A DNA stretch of 32,000 bases, taken from positions 1,680,001 to 1,712,000 of the forward strand of contig NC_020409.1 of assembly GCF_000341895.1 (NCBI RefSeq), given 5' to 3'. Below, one piece after another: positions 16,225 to 25,994 of the stretch. The notes under the pieces were generated by a model that made no database searches, had not been told where the DNA came from, and saw only the letters and a list, made by a program, of their open reading frames with translations. Position 1 is the stretch's first letter. Each line of letters starts with the position of its first letter. The position numbers and the translations under genes are program-made. This stretch comes from Pseudodesulfovibrio piezophilus C1TLV30 (lineage in GTDB: Bacteria > Desulfobacterota > Desulfovibrionia > Desulfovibrionales > Desulfovibrionaceae).

Positions 16225-17338
16225 TCCGGAAGAATTGATGGCCTGCGCCATCGAACTCGCCACACTGGGAAGAGGAACCACGGCACCCAACCCCTGTGTC
16301 GGGGCTGTTCTGGTTCGCGAAGGACATATCGTGGCCGGAGGCTGGCACAAAAAATATGGGCACCTCCATGCAGAACGGGAATGTCTGGCAGATGCCGAAG
16401 AAAAAAATATCGACCCGCGAGGGCTGACCCTCTTTGTCACTCTGGAACCATGCAATCATCACGGAAAGACCCCTCCCTGCACACAGGCCATCATCGAGGC
16501 CGGGATCAAAACAGTTGTCATCGGCACCCGCGACCCCAACCCTCTGGCGGCAGGAGGGATCGAGACATTGCAGGAGCATGGGATCACCGTCAAGGTCGGT
16601 ATACTAGAGCAGGAATGCCGGGACTTGATCGCAGATTTTCTTCTCTGGCAAAGGAGCTATTCGACTTATAATATCATCAAAATGGCTGCGACACTTGATG
16701 GGAAAATTGCTTCACGACAACACAAGCCGGAACCGGTCTCATGCCCGGAATCATTTGAGCGCGTTCATCGCCTGCGATCCATGGTGAATGCCGTGGTTGT
16801 GGGCGGCGGAACCTTTTATGCCGACAACCCCAGCCTCTCATGCCGTCTGGATGGGCTTGATCCGAACTTCAGGCAACCTCTGGCAGTCATCGTCAGCTCT
16901 CGTCTGCCAGCGGAACCGCAGCACTTCACACTGCTCAGACAGCGACCGGAAAAAACCATCTTTTTCACCTCGGAAAAGGCCGCTCACAGCCCTGAAGCCG
17001 ATGCACTTCGGAAACGGGGAACCAGTGTCTGGTCTCTCAACGATGCAGATGGCTGCTTCAACCTTTCCCTGGGATTCGAACGGCTCAGGTATGACCACCA
17101 ATGCCATTACACGCTCATTGAAGGTGGTGGCCGCTTGGCCATGGAGTGTATCTCGCAAGGCCTCGCGGACAAACTGATCCACTTCGTCACCCCCCGTATT
17201 CTCGGCGATGACCTGGCACCATCGGCCTACTCCGGCCGCCAGAATGTCAGCATGGCTGAAACCGTGAATTACCGCATTACTCAAACCGAAACCAGCGGAC
17301 AGGACGTGGTCCTGACCATGCTGCCACGTCAGGAGTAA
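16196..17338 (+). CDS. ribD: Bifunctional riboflavin biosynthesis protein RibD (pyrimidine deaminase/reductase)
   Basis: [20 protein letters not shown] and [13 protein letters not shown] mark the deaminase domain, and a C-terminal RibD_C reductase domain follows. The ATG at 16196 overlaps the preceding gene by 29 nt. An alternative ATG lies at 16238. Confidence 0.9.
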   Translation: MSICKVNSSSPEELMACAIELATLGRGTTAPNPCVGAVLVREGHIVAGGWHKKYGHLHAERECLADAEEKNIDPRGLTLFVTLEPCNHHGKTPPCTQAIIEAGIKTVVIGTRDPNPLAAGGIETLQEHGITVKVGILEQECRDLIADFLLWQRSYSTYNIIKMAATLDGKIASRQHKPEPVSCPESFERVHRLRSMVNAVVVGGGTFYADNPSLSCRLDGLDPNFRQPLAVIVSSRLPAEPQHFTLLRQRPEKTIFFTSEKAAHSPEADALRKRGTSVWSLNDADGCFNLSLGFERLRYDHQCHYTLIEGGGRLAMECISQGLADKLIHFVTPRILGDDLAPSAYSGRQNVSMAETVNYRITQTETSGQDVVLTMLPRQE

Positions 17339-17545
17339 CCTCTCGTTGACAAACAACAGAGTCCACCCGGAAAATTCTCAGCCACTTGTTACTTCGCGGT
17401 GAACTCCGCCCCCTGCGGCACCAACCGAATGCCCACCGGCCTGAGGGTTCCCCTGAGAGATCAAGACCTCGTGCTGCCGGAGATTTACACCCGGCCATCT
17501 CCCTGATAGAACGACGTGCAAGACAGCATGAAACAAGGAATCCGT

Positions 17546-18202
17546 ATGTTCACAGGACTGATCATGGGCATGGGCCGCATAGAGGCCGCTGACAATCGCG
17601 GCGCAGAGACACGCTTTCGCATAAGAACGCTTTTCGACCTTCCGGGGATCGAACTGGGGGAATCCATTGCTGTCAACGGCACATGCCTGACAGTGGAGAC
17701 CCATGGCGACAATTGGTTTACCGCGTACGCCAGCCGCGAAACCATGTCCGTCACTTCACTGGGAGAACTTCGTGTCGGCTCCGAAGCCAATCTGGAACGG
17801 GCCATGGCCATGGGCGATCGTTTCGGCGGACATATTGTCGCGGGTCATGTGGATGCTCTTGCCGAAGTCGCAGAAGTCCGCCCTGCCGGAGAATCAAATA
17901 TCTATAAACTCGTTTTCGATGCTGCCCATGGCAGGTATGTCATTCCCAAGGGTTCAATCGCGTTAGATGGGATATCGCTGACCGTCAACGAGTGCGGCGA
18001 AGACTGGCTCGAAGTGAACATCATTCCCGAGACCCAAAAAGCCACCACCATTTCCAATTGGAAACCCGGCCGCAAGGTCAATATGGAAACGGATATCATC
18101 GGCAAATACGTCGAGCGCATGGTCACGCCCTGGGCTGCAAAGGGAAAAGCCGAAACAAAATCAACTCTCACCATGGACTACTTGAGAGAACACGGTTTCT
18201 GA
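17546..18202 (+). CDS. ribE: Riboflavin synthase alpha chain
   Basis: The canonical N-terminus MFTGLIMGMGRI is present, along with duplicated lumazine-binding repeats (SIAVNGTCLTV / SIALDGISLTV). RBS AAGGAA precedes the ATG at 17546. Confidence 0.9.
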   Translation: MFTGLIMGMGRIEAADNRGAETRFRIRTLFDLPGIELGESIAVNGTCLTVETHGDNWFTAYASRETMSVTSLGELRVGSEANLERAMAMGDRFGGHIVAGHVDALAEVAEVRPAGESNIYKLVFDAAHGRYVIPKGSIALDGISLTVNECGEDWLEVNIIPETQKATTISNWKPGRKVNMETDIIGKYVERMVTPWAAKGKAETKSTLTMDYLREHGF

Positions 18203-18390
18203 TCAATCCCACCCCCTCCCCTGCAAAACAGGGAGCCACCTCCCCTTCCTGACACACGAGTTTCTCCTTCACCTCTGGACACCCCCCGGAGGTATGCTTA
18301 TCTTCTTTTCCCAGGCTCGAAAGGCAGTGCTTGAACGGCATCAATGACTTGAGTCTGATTTGACCTCACCGCATCCAGGAGACAGATATC

Positions 18391-18891
18391 ATGAAAATGA
18401 CAGACCTCATGCCCATGGGAAAATGGCTTGAATTGGAAAAAGACCTTCACGAAAAATATCATATCAACGCAGAAGTCGTGGAAGAAGACGGCAAACGAGT
18501 CACCAACAGACGCCTGTGGTGCAACTCGCTGTGCAAGGCGATTCGTGAAAGCGACAAGGGGGTCGGCGGCATCTGTGCCCCGGCCGGGCAGGAATTCGTT
18601 CGCCTGACACGAGAGGAACGGTTGCCATTTGTCGAGGAATGTGATCTCGGCCTTGCCAAGATCAGCGTTCCGGTCATCGTCAATGGGGAACTGGTTGGTG
18701 CCGTCGGAGGCTGTGGTCCTCTGCCGGAGGGGAACGAATTGGAAGATTTCATGGTCCAGGCGACTATGGGAATGGAGGAAGAGGAAGTCTGTCAGCTGGC
18801 TGAAACAATCCCGACGATATCTCAGGAAAAGCTCAAGGAAATGCAAACCTATATTGAAGAAAAAGTGGCTGCAATCGTCGCTTCGGTCTAA
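18391..18891 (+). CDS. Stand-alone PocR-type sensory domain protein
   Basis: 166 aa. ...WLELEKDLHEKYHINAEVVEEDGKRVTN...WCNSLCKAIRESDKGVGGICAPAGQ...ECDLGLAKISVPVIVNGELVGAVGGCG resembles PocR ligand-binding domains as I recall them. No output domain is present. RBS is AGGAGA. Confidence 0.65.
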   Translation: MKMTDLMPMGKWLELEKDLHEKYHINAEVVEEDGKRVTNRRLWCNSLCKAIRESDKGVGGICAPAGQEFVRLTREERLPFVEECDLGLAKISVPVIVNGELVGAVGGCGPLPEGNELEDFMVQATMGMEEEEVCQLAETIPTISQEKLKEMQTYIEEKVAAIVASV

Positions 18892-18927
18892 CCTTCAAAA
18901 AAAGAATCCCCCATTCGCTTCTCTTCT

Positions 18928-18954
18928 GAAAAGCCGTCCATGTCGGACGGCTTT
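18928..18954. terminator. Bidirectional rho-independent terminator between the PocR gene and flavodoxin
   Basis: aaaagccgtcc (18928-18938) pairs with ggacggctttt (18944-18954). A/T runs on both sides. Confidence 0.7.
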
Positions 18955-19027
18955 TCAGATCCTAGGGGGAAAATCGACCCAATGTCGATCCACGCCGGTT
19001 GCGTCAGACGTCAGTTCCCCTTACCAA

Positions 19028-19501
<474 letters not shown>

Positions 19502-19511
19502 TCACGGCTTA

Positions 19512-19535
19512 ATTGAAATTGAAAATCAAAGTCAA
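19512..19535 (-). promoter_or_regulatory. Fur-box-like operator overlapping the flavodoxin promoter (-35 TTGACT plus spacer)
   Basis: On the plus strand, GAAATTGAAAATCAAAGTC (19515-19533) matches 13/19 positions of the E. coli Fur box GATAATGATAATCATTATC. The 24-mer is 20/24 identical to 27178-27201. It lies 43 nt upstream of the fld ATG. Confidence 0.45.
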
Positions 19536-19746
19536 TCACAAAGTGTAATTTGTTTGAGGATTTCACAAGGAGACATGAAGCCCCCTTTAACATCCAGCAT
19601 GATGTTATTTTCGAGAGAATCCCCTCTTTCCCCTCTTGTCTCCGGCCCGGTTTCAACGTAGATAGAGAGTTGATCTCAACAATTTCTAGACTTCTTGAAG
19701 AACATGCGGAAACCTCTGTGTACCGGTGTTTTCGGGATTAAATAAT

Positions 19747-22434
19747 ATGGTTAAACAATCGGTCTTCGCAGGCGTTCCAGATATCCTCGACGAACAGAAG
19801 TTCGCCCATGGCGGCAACCTTCGACGCATGGCAGAACAAGCCAAATGCTCCCCCCATGAAATAGTGGACTTCTCTGCAAACGTTAATCCTCTTGGCCCAC
19901 CACCATGGCTCGGGCAGGTTGTCGGGCACGCCCTACAGAGTGTGGACTCCTACCCAGACCCCGACTCTCATGATCTGCTCATGGCCGCCTCCGAATTATA
20001 TAAAGTATGGCCCACCCAGGTCATTGCGGGCAATGGCGCGTCCGAATTGCTCTTTGCCGCCGCAGGGTTGGGAGGCTACAGCCAGGCGATCATCCCCTCC
20101 CCCACCTATGTGGATTACGCGCGTGCGTGCAAAGCTCACAGGCTGAAAGTTCGGGAAGTCCCCATGGCCGAGGGCTTCCAAATAAACTTCCCGGCCATGG
20201 GTCCTCTGCTGGCGACTCCCTCCGTGGTTTTCCTGTGCAGCCCGAACAATCCCACTGGCACTACATTTTCCGCAGCGGACCTACGCGAAGTGGCAACCAT
20301 GTTCCCGCAAAGCCGCTTTATCGTGGACGAATCCTTTGCTGAATTCCGGCCCGAAGGGACAGACAGACTCATCCGCAATCGTCCTTCCAATGTCATAACG
20401 ATTCTATCTCTGACCAAATTTTTTGCCATCCCCGGCATCAGGCTCGGGCTGGCATTTGCCGACCCGGATATCATCTTGCGGCTCAAGCAGAACATGCCTG
20501 CCTGGTCCGTGAACACCCTAGCCCAGAAAATAGGGGCACGCTGTCTGCGTGATAAACAATACGCGATTCACACTCGTGAGCAGACCACCCTCTTGCGCAA
20601 GAACCTCGCCTCGGGACTGCGCCAGATCCCCGGCATCAAGGTCATGCCGGGAGAAGCAAATTATCTGCTCTGCCGGGTGGAGCGTATCGGACAGGATGCA
20701 GTGCCTCTTTTTGATCGCCTCCTGACCGAACATCGTATCGCAATCCGGCTCTGCGGCAATTACGAGGGACTGGATAATAACTGGTTTCGGGTGGCTGTCC
20801 GCAATGGAAGAGACAATGAACGGCTGATCAAGGCCATGGAAGCAGTCAGTGGCACCGGCCGTGGCCCAGTGGTCAAACGAACCAAGCGCACCCCGGCCCT
20901 CATGCTCCAAGGAACCAGCTCCAACGCCGGGAAATCCGTTCTCACAGCGGCTTTTTGTCGCATTCTGCTTCAGGACGGGTATTCCGTGGCACCGTTCAAA
21001 GCCCAAAACATGTCCCTCAACTCCTATGTCACGGAATCGGGCGGAGAAATGGGACGGGCGCAAGTCACCCAGGCCATGGCGTGCCGATTACGCCCGGAAG
21101 TACGCATGAATCCGGTCCTGCTCAAACCAGGCTCGGATACAGGCTCGCAGGTCATCGTCATGGGCCAACCCGTGGGCAATATGTCCGTACGTGAATATGT
21201 TCGCTACAAACCAAGAGCCTGGGAAGCGGTGAAAACAGCCTATGACTCCCTGGCGAATGAATACGATGTCATCGTCCTTGAAGGTGCTGGCAGCCCTGCC
21301 GAGGTCAACCTCAAACACCACGACATCGTGAATATGGCTATGGCGCGACACGCCAAGGCACGAGTCATGCTGGCCGGAGACATCGATCGAGGCGGCGTCT
21401 TCGCCTCCATCGTCGGCACCATGAATCTTTTGACCCCACAAGAACGCGACCATGTGGAGGGTTTTCTCATCAACCGCTTCCGCGGGGACCCCAGCCTGCT
21501 TGATCCCGCTTTCGGGCAAATGTTTGAGCATACAGGTAAGCCGGTCCTGGGGACCATTCCATATATCCATTCCCTCGGCCTTCCCGAGGAGGATTCTGTT
21601 TCATTCAAGGAAGGATTCAGACCGGAAGACAGCCTGGAACGTCTTCCTGACGCGGAGTGTGTGGACATCGTGGTCATTGATCTGCCACGCATATCGAATT
21701 TCAACGATATTGACCCATTCTATATGGAGCCGGATGTCCGCATCAGAGTGGTCTCTGATGCCCACGATATCGGAACCCCGGATGCTGTGATCCTGCCTGG
21801 TTCCAAATCAACTGTGCCGGATATGAAAGCCCTCAAGGGGACTGGCATGGCCGCAGTTCTGCGGGAACTGGCCAACGACGATCACAAGACACGGATGATA
21901 GGCATCTGCGGCGGCTTCCAAATGCTTGGAGACCTGGTCGACGACCCGTTTGGCCTGGAGTCGGAAACGACTCGCATGGAAGGATTCGGTCTCCTGCCGA
22001 TTCAGACGACCTTAGTCCCGGAAAAGACCCTGACCCGCACCACCGGGGTTCATTCCACATCCGGGCACCAGGTTCATGGCTACGAAATCCACCACGGCCA
22101 GACTGTCTCTTTGACAGAGAACCTGCGAGTGGCCCTAAGAGACAGTGCCGGGAATCCCCTTGGTTTTTCCCGACCTGATGGCAGGGTCTGGGGAACATAT
22201 CTTCATGGACTCTTCGATGCGGATGAATTCCGCCGCTGGTTTATAGATCAGTTGCGCATGGACAAGGGGCTTTCGCCCCTTGAGAATGTTCAGGCGCGGT
22301 TCGACCTCGAAGACGCCCTCGACCATCTGGCCGGAATTGTCCGCGAAGCCGTCAATATGGATTCCATTTACAAATCACTCGGCTTTTCAGGCTGCTGTGC
22401 CCAAGCCAGCCTTTTCTTTTCCATGGGCGGTTGA
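19747..22434 (+). CDS. cobQ: Fusion protein: threonine-phosphate decarboxylase (CobD/CobC-type class I/II aminotransferase fold) fused to cobyric acid synthase (CobQ/CbiP)
   Basis: This is a single uninterrupted ORF. The N-terminal approx 370 aa carry HGGN...[13 protein letters not shown] and the PLP-lysine region [14 protein letters not shown]. The C-terminal approx 520 aa carry GTSSNAGKS, the P-loop-like [17 protein letters not shown] and the GATase motif [10 protein letters not shown]. The start is either ATG 19747 or GTG 19726. Confidence 0.9.
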   Translation: MVKQSVFAGVPDILDEQKFAHGGNLRRMAEQAKCSPHEIVDFSANVNPLGPPPWLGQVVGHALQSVDSYPDPDSHDLLMAASELYKVWPTQVIAGNGASELLFAAAGLGGYSQAIIPSPTYVDYARACKAHRLKVREVPMAEGFQINFPAMGPLLATPSVVFLCSPNNPTGTTFSAADLREVATMFPQSRFIVDESFAEFRPEGTDRLIRNRPSNVITILSLTKFFAIPGIRLGLAFADPDIILRLKQNMPAWSVNTLAQKIGARCLRDKQYAIHTREQTTLLRKNLASGLRQIPGIKVMPGEANYLLCRVERIGQDAVPLFDRLLTEHRIAIRLCGNYEGLDNNWFRVAVRNGRDNERLIKAMEAVSGTGRGPVVKRTKRTPALMLQGTSSNAGKSVLTAAFCRILLQDGYSVAPFKAQNMSLNSYVTESGGEMGRAQVTQAMACRLRPEVRMNPVLLKPGSDTGSQVIVMGQPVGNMSVREYVRYKPRAWEAVKTAYDSLANEYDVIVLEGAGSPAEVNLKHHDIVNMAMARHAKARVMLAGDIDRGGVFASIVGTMNLLTPQERDHVEGFLINRFRGDPSLLDPAFGQMFEHTGKPVLGTIPYIHSLGLPEEDSVSFKEGFRPEDSLERLPDAECVDIVVIDLPRISNFNDIDPFYMEPDVRIRVVSDAHDIGTPDAVILPGSKSTVPDMKALKGTGMAAVLRELANDDHKTRMIGICGGFQMLGDLVDDPFGLESETTRMEGFGLLPIQTTLVPEKTLTRTTGVHSTSGHQVHGYEIHHGQTVSLTENLRVALRDSAGNPLGFSRPDGRVWGTYLHGLFDADEFRRWFIDQLRMDKGLSPLENVQARFDLEDALDHLAGIVREAVNMDSIYKSLGFSGCCAQASLFFSMGG

Positions 22435-22442
22435 GTCTTTTC

Positions 22443-22694
22443 TCAACCAAACCCGAGGAAACTGAAAAAGCCCTTCTTTTTACCTGCGTATCGAGAAGGG
22501 TCACTGATGTATTCGGTCATGCACTTGGTACTGCAAAAAAACATCTCGCCTTCGGGCTGCATGATACTTTGACTATTGCTGTTATTTCTATCGACACGCT
22601 TACCGCACACGGGGTCGCGAGCGACATAATTCACGGTCTTGTCCTCCTGGCGGCGCTTGGCGCAGCCGCAACTTGGTCCGCATCCCTTGCTCAT
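22443..22694 (-). CDS. YHS/TRASH-type metal-binding domain protein with Cys-rich N-terminus
   Basis: 83 aa counted from the ATG at 22694, which has a strong RBS (GGGAGGAAACT). The N-terminus is MSKGCGPSCGC, followed by DPVCGKRV...FFCSTKCMTEYISDPSRY, which is the YHS signature. Confidence 0.7.
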   Translation of the reverse strand: MSKGCGPSCGCAKRRQEDKTVNYVARDPVCGKRVDRNNSNSQSIMQPEGEMFFCSTKCMTEYISDPSRYAGKKKGFFSFLGFG

Positions 22695-22925
22695 AGTTTC
22701 CTCCCAGGTTGCGTTTTGACCGGACATTCCGGCTCGTCTCCATCATACATCAAGACCAACTGAAACGCACCTTTTATAGAAGTACCTCCTACCAGTTCTT
22801 TTCATTGACGAATCAAACTGAAACTCAAGAAATGACCTTTTTTTCTTCCGACCAAACAAGTTGACAGCCCGCTTCATTCGGGTTGAACTACGCATCCGTT
22901 TTTCTATCTATTAAGGAGTATCTTG

Positions 22926-24587
22926 ATGCGCAGTAAAAAAATGACTGGTGGATTGGAAAAGGCCCCGCACCGCTCGCTCTTGTACGCGACCGGACTGTCC
23001 AAAGAAGAAATGGACCGCCCGTTGATCGGCGTATGCAACGCAGCCAACGAAATTATCCCCGGACATGTGCATCTAGACACGATTTCCGAGGCCGTTAAGA
23101 CTGGCATCCGTATCGCAGGCGGTACCCCCATGGAATTTCCCGCAATCGGCGTCTGTGACGGGCTGTCCATGAACCATGAAGGCATGAAGATGTCACTACC
23201 CAGCCGTGAGCTTATCGCCGACTCCGTGGAAATAATGGCAACAGCCCACCCCTTTGATGCCATTGTCTGTATACCCAACTGCGACAAGATCGTTCCGGGT
23301 ATGCTCATGGCGATTCTGCGACTGAACATCCCGGCCGTCGTCATTTCCGGTGGCCCCATGCTGGCAGGACGCAAAAAAAGCGCTGATCTTATCAATGTTT
23401 TTGAGGGAGTTGGCAAGGTCAAGGCCGGCACCATGACGGAAGAGGAACTGGAGCAATTTGAACAGTCCGCATGCCCGACCTGTGGCTCCTGCGCTGGCAT
23501 GTTCACCGCCAACTCCATGAACTGTCTTTCCGAGTCCATCGGATTGGCCCTGCCCGGCAATGGTACCATCCCGGCAGTCATGTCCGCACGAGTTCGCCTC
23601 GCCAAGCAGGCTGGCATGCAAGTCATGGAAATGCTGGAAAAGAATATCAGACCTCGCGATATCGTCACAGAAAAGGCCGTGCACAATGCTGTGACCATGG
23701 ACATGGCCCTGGGCTGTTCCACCAATACAACGCTGCATCTGCCCGCCTTGTTCGCCGAGGCAGGCCTTGATCTCAATCTGGAAATGTTCAATGAGATCAG
23801 CAAAAAAACACCCAATTTGTGCAAGCTTTCCCCTGCCGGACCTCACTATATGGAGGACCTGAACGAAGCAGGCGGCATCCCGGCTGTAATGTCTGAACTG
23901 GTCAAGAAAGACCTGCTCAATCTTGATGTCATGACCGTCACAGGAAAGACCCTGGGAGAGAATCTCAAGGACCTGAAAGCACATGTCTCTGACGAGACCA
24001 TTGTTCGCCCCATAGAGACCCCTTATTCCCAAGAAGGCGGCATTGCCATTCTGTACGGCAATATTGCGCCTGAGGGCGGATGCGTCAAGCAGTCTGCCGT
24101 GGCACCGGAAATGATGGTCAACACAGGCACCGCACGGGTTTTCAACTCCGAAGAGGACTGTGTAGAAGCTATTCTGGGCAACAAGATCAAACCCGGAGAC
24201 GTGGTGGTTGTCCTGTATGAAGGTCCCAAGGGCGGCCCCGGAATGCGTGAAATGCTCACTCCGACCTCGGCCATATCCGGCATGGGCTTGGGCAGTTCCG
24301 TCGCCTTGATCACCGATGGTCGTTTCTCGGGAGGAACCCGTGGCGCTGCTATCGGCCACATCTCGCCCGAGGCCGCAGCAGGCGGTCCCATCGGACTGGT
24401 CCAAGAGGGAGACCGCATCGAAATCAACATCCCTAAACGCTCCATCAATCTGCTGGTTGATGAAGCTGAACTCGAAGAGCGCAGGAAAAACTTTACTCCG
24501 GTGGTCAAGGAAGTCCAATCTCCTTTCCTCCGCCGCTATGCCAAACTTGTGACCTCGGCCTCCCGAGGTGCAGTCTTCGAAAAATAA
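22926..24587 (+). CDS. ilvD: Dihydroxy-acid dehydratase
   Basis: [23 protein letters not shown]..., [31 protein letters not shown] and TDGRFSGGT are all present. RBS AAGGAG precedes the ATG at 22926. Confidence 0.95.
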   Translation: MRSKKMTGGLEKAPHRSLLYATGLSKEEMDRPLIGVCNAANEIIPGHVHLDTISEAVKTGIRIAGGTPMEFPAIGVCDGLSMNHEGMKMSLPSRELIADSVEIMATAHPFDAIVCIPNCDKIVPGMLMAILRLNIPAVVISGGPMLAGRKKSADLINVFEGVGKVKAGTMTEEELEQFEQSACPTCGSCAGMFTANSMNCLSESIGLALPGNGTIPAVMSARVRLAKQAGMQVMEMLEKNIRPRDIVTEKAVHNAVTMDMALGCSTNTTLHLPALFAEAGLDLNLEMFNEISKKTPNLCKLSPAGPHYMEDLNEAGGIPAVMSELVKKDLLNLDVMTVTGKTLGENLKDLKAHVSDETIVRPIETPYSQEGGIAILYGNIAPEGGCVKQSAVAPEMMVNTGTARVFNSEEDCVEAILGNKIKPGDVVVVLYEGPKGGPGMREMLTPTSAISGMGLGSSVALITDGRFSGGTRGAAIGHISPEAAAGGPIGLVQEGDRIEINIPKRSINLLVDEAELEERRKNFTPVVKEVQSPFLRRYAKLVTSASRGAVFEK

Positions 24588-24612
24588 TCGAAGAAATTCA
24601 CACGACCAACTC

Positions 24613-24646
24613 AAAGAGCCGACCAGAATATCCTGGCCGGCTCTTT
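24613..24646. terminator. Hairpin terminator between convergent ilvD and the family-3 SBP gene
   Basis: aaagagccgaccag (24613-24626) pairs with ctggccggctcttt (24633-24646), a 14-bp stem with one mismatch. Confidence 0.55.
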
Positions 24647-24717
24647 GCTTCAAAAGCAGAGTCACAAGAGAAGAAAGACTTCTTACCCTTGAAAAATCCT
24701 CGTCAGAGCCACTCCCC

Positions 24718-25623
24718 TCACTCCTGAATAGCACGACTCCTGCCCTGACTGCCCTGACTGCCCTGACTGCCCTGACTGCCCTGACTGCCCTGACTGCCCT
24801 GACTGCCCTGACTGCCCTGACTGCCCTGAAGAGGCGAATCCACCCAGGGTCGCCGGATGTCCATAGGCGGCACCAGAGCCGGATACCATTGGCGGAATAA
24901 ATGAGAAAAAGTTCCGTCTGCACGCATGGATTGAAACGCATCCTGCCAGAGGCGCACGGTCTTCGGATCTGTCCCATGCGAGAGAGCGAGATAAAGGTCC
25001 ACATCCTTGATCACATACACAACTTCCAGAGCGTCGAGAGGCACTTCCGCTGCAAGCGCTGTCTCACTGATGCCCAAAGATGCGGCTACGACCAAATCCA
25101 ACCGCCCACGAACCAGCTTGCGAAAATTGAGGACATTATTCACAGCCTGTTTCAGATTCGTGAACCCCTGATCGCGAAGAAATGCATCCCTGACATCTCC
25201 TCTATAGGTCCCGATGGAGTGAACATCTCGCGCATCATCCAGTGAGTGAAGAGTCTGGTTTGTCCCTTTTCTGGCCAGGAAGACCCATTGCAGGCGCATG
25301 AATGGCCCCACCCATGTAAAGAGAGAATCTCGCGCTTCATTCCGCGCAATTGTAAACAAGGCCGTGTCTGCCGTGGTAAGCAGAATATCATATGCCCGAG
25401 CCCAGGGCAGTGGCGTAATGCTGCTTTCCTGCCCTACCCGACGCATTATTTCGCGCACAAGAGCCACACCGTAACCAGTCAATTCTCCATCCACCATCAT
25501 GGCAGATCGGCCTGCCAACTCAGTATAGACCGAGAGTTCGGCAGATCGGACCGGAATGATGCCAACCTGTATGAACACAAGCAAGAAAACCGCCAGCTTC
25601 CCAAACTGTTTTATTTTGATCAT
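24718..25623 (-). CDS. Periplasmic substrate-binding protein, family 3, with a C-terminal (GSQ)9 low-complexity tail
   Basis: The signal peptide is MIKIKQFGKLAVFLLVFIQVGIIPVRSAE, counted from the ATG at 25623. The SBP_bac_3-like core reads ...FTIARNEARDSLFTWVGPF...IGTYRGDVRDAFL...DLVVAAS... The tail reads PLQ(GSQ)9GRSRAIQE. Earlier TTG/ATG starts reach up to 25692. Confidence 0.75.
   Translation of the reverse strand: MIKIKQFGKLAVFLLVFIQVGIIPVRSAELSVYTELAGRSAMMVDGELTGYGVALVREIMRRVGQESSITPLPWARAYDILLTTADTALFTIARNEARDSLFTWVGPFMRLQWVFLARKGTNQTLHSLDDARDVHSIGTYRGDVRDAFLRDQGFTNLKQAVNNVLNFRKLVRGRLDLVVAASLGISETALAAEVPLDALEVVYVIKDVDLYLALSHGTDPKTVRLWQDAFQSMRADGTFSHLFRQWYPALVPPMDIRRPWVDSPLQGSQGSQGSQGSQGSQGSQGSQGSQGSQGRSRAIQE
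24741..24829. repeat. 9-bp tandem repeat (tgccctgac) x9 perfect copies plus one imperfect copy, in-frame inside the SBP gene
   Basis: I counted the units directly in the sequence at 24741-24821, with a partial copy to 24829. The repeat encodes GSQ repeats on the minus strand. Confidence 0.95.
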
Positions 25624-25994
25624 TACCACATTTTTACACCAATTCATTCTCAATTGCACCAGAAAAATGAGCAGACCACGCATTTCACTCAAGGCACAAT
25701 GACGGCAAAGCCAATACCAGTAGAGCTTGTGACCAAAACGAGAAAGCCTCCCGGAGGAGGCTTGGTGTTTTCTCGGTGCAAATAAAAGGAAGATGCTTTC
25801 TTTAATGCACCAGCCATGCCAACAAGACAGATTTAAACTATTTTTATTAATAATATAATTATTACAGTGTATTACTTGTCATTTTGACTCTCTGTATTTT
25901 TCTCGTTTGGTACTTCAAAGGGTACAAGAATTTTAACTTTCCGCTCTGGAAAGCTTCATGGGACAAAATTTTTGTATGTAATGTGAGCCGAGTC

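Noticed and set aside
17068-17085. A tRNA T-arm-like GGGATTCGAACGG
   Set aside because: It lies inside the ribD coding sequence (GFERL). There is no acceptor or anticodon stem around it, so it is a chance match.
17339-17545. An FMN (RFN) riboswitch in the 207-bp gap between ribD and ribE
   Set aside because: I looked for the conserved RFN cores (GGGGCAGGGUGAAAUUCCC, ACCGGCGGU, AGCCCGCGAGC, GCCGACAGU, AGUCUGGAUG). Only a vague GGTGAACTCCGCC / CACCGGCC resemblance is present, and the multi-hairpin core is absent. An Infernal RF00050 scan would settle the question.
22832-22864. A possible leader peptide (MTFFSSDQTS) upstream of ilvD
   Set aside because: It has no Ile/Val/Leu codon run and no attenuator hairpins follow. 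It does not resemble branched-chain amino-acid attenuation leaders.
22904-23824. A 306-aa minus-strand ORF overlapping the ilvD 5' half
   Set aside because: Same reasoning as above: it is antisense to a highly conserved gene, has no recognisable motifs and has no RBS.
24741-24829. A possible CRISPR array or non-coding microsatellite
   Set aside because: The 9-bp units are contiguous with no spacers. They lie in frame within a coding region, so this is a coding tandem repeat.
23196-25004. A 602-aa ORF on the minus strand, the longest unexplained ORF in the track
   Set aside because: It runs antisense to ilvD, whose sense frame carries unmistakable dehydratase motifs. It then reads out of frame through the same-strand SBP gene and its 9-bp repeat, which gives the RAVRAVRAV run. 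The composition is Gly/Arg/Ala/His-rich and looks random. This is a typical antisense ORF in GC-biased coding DNA.
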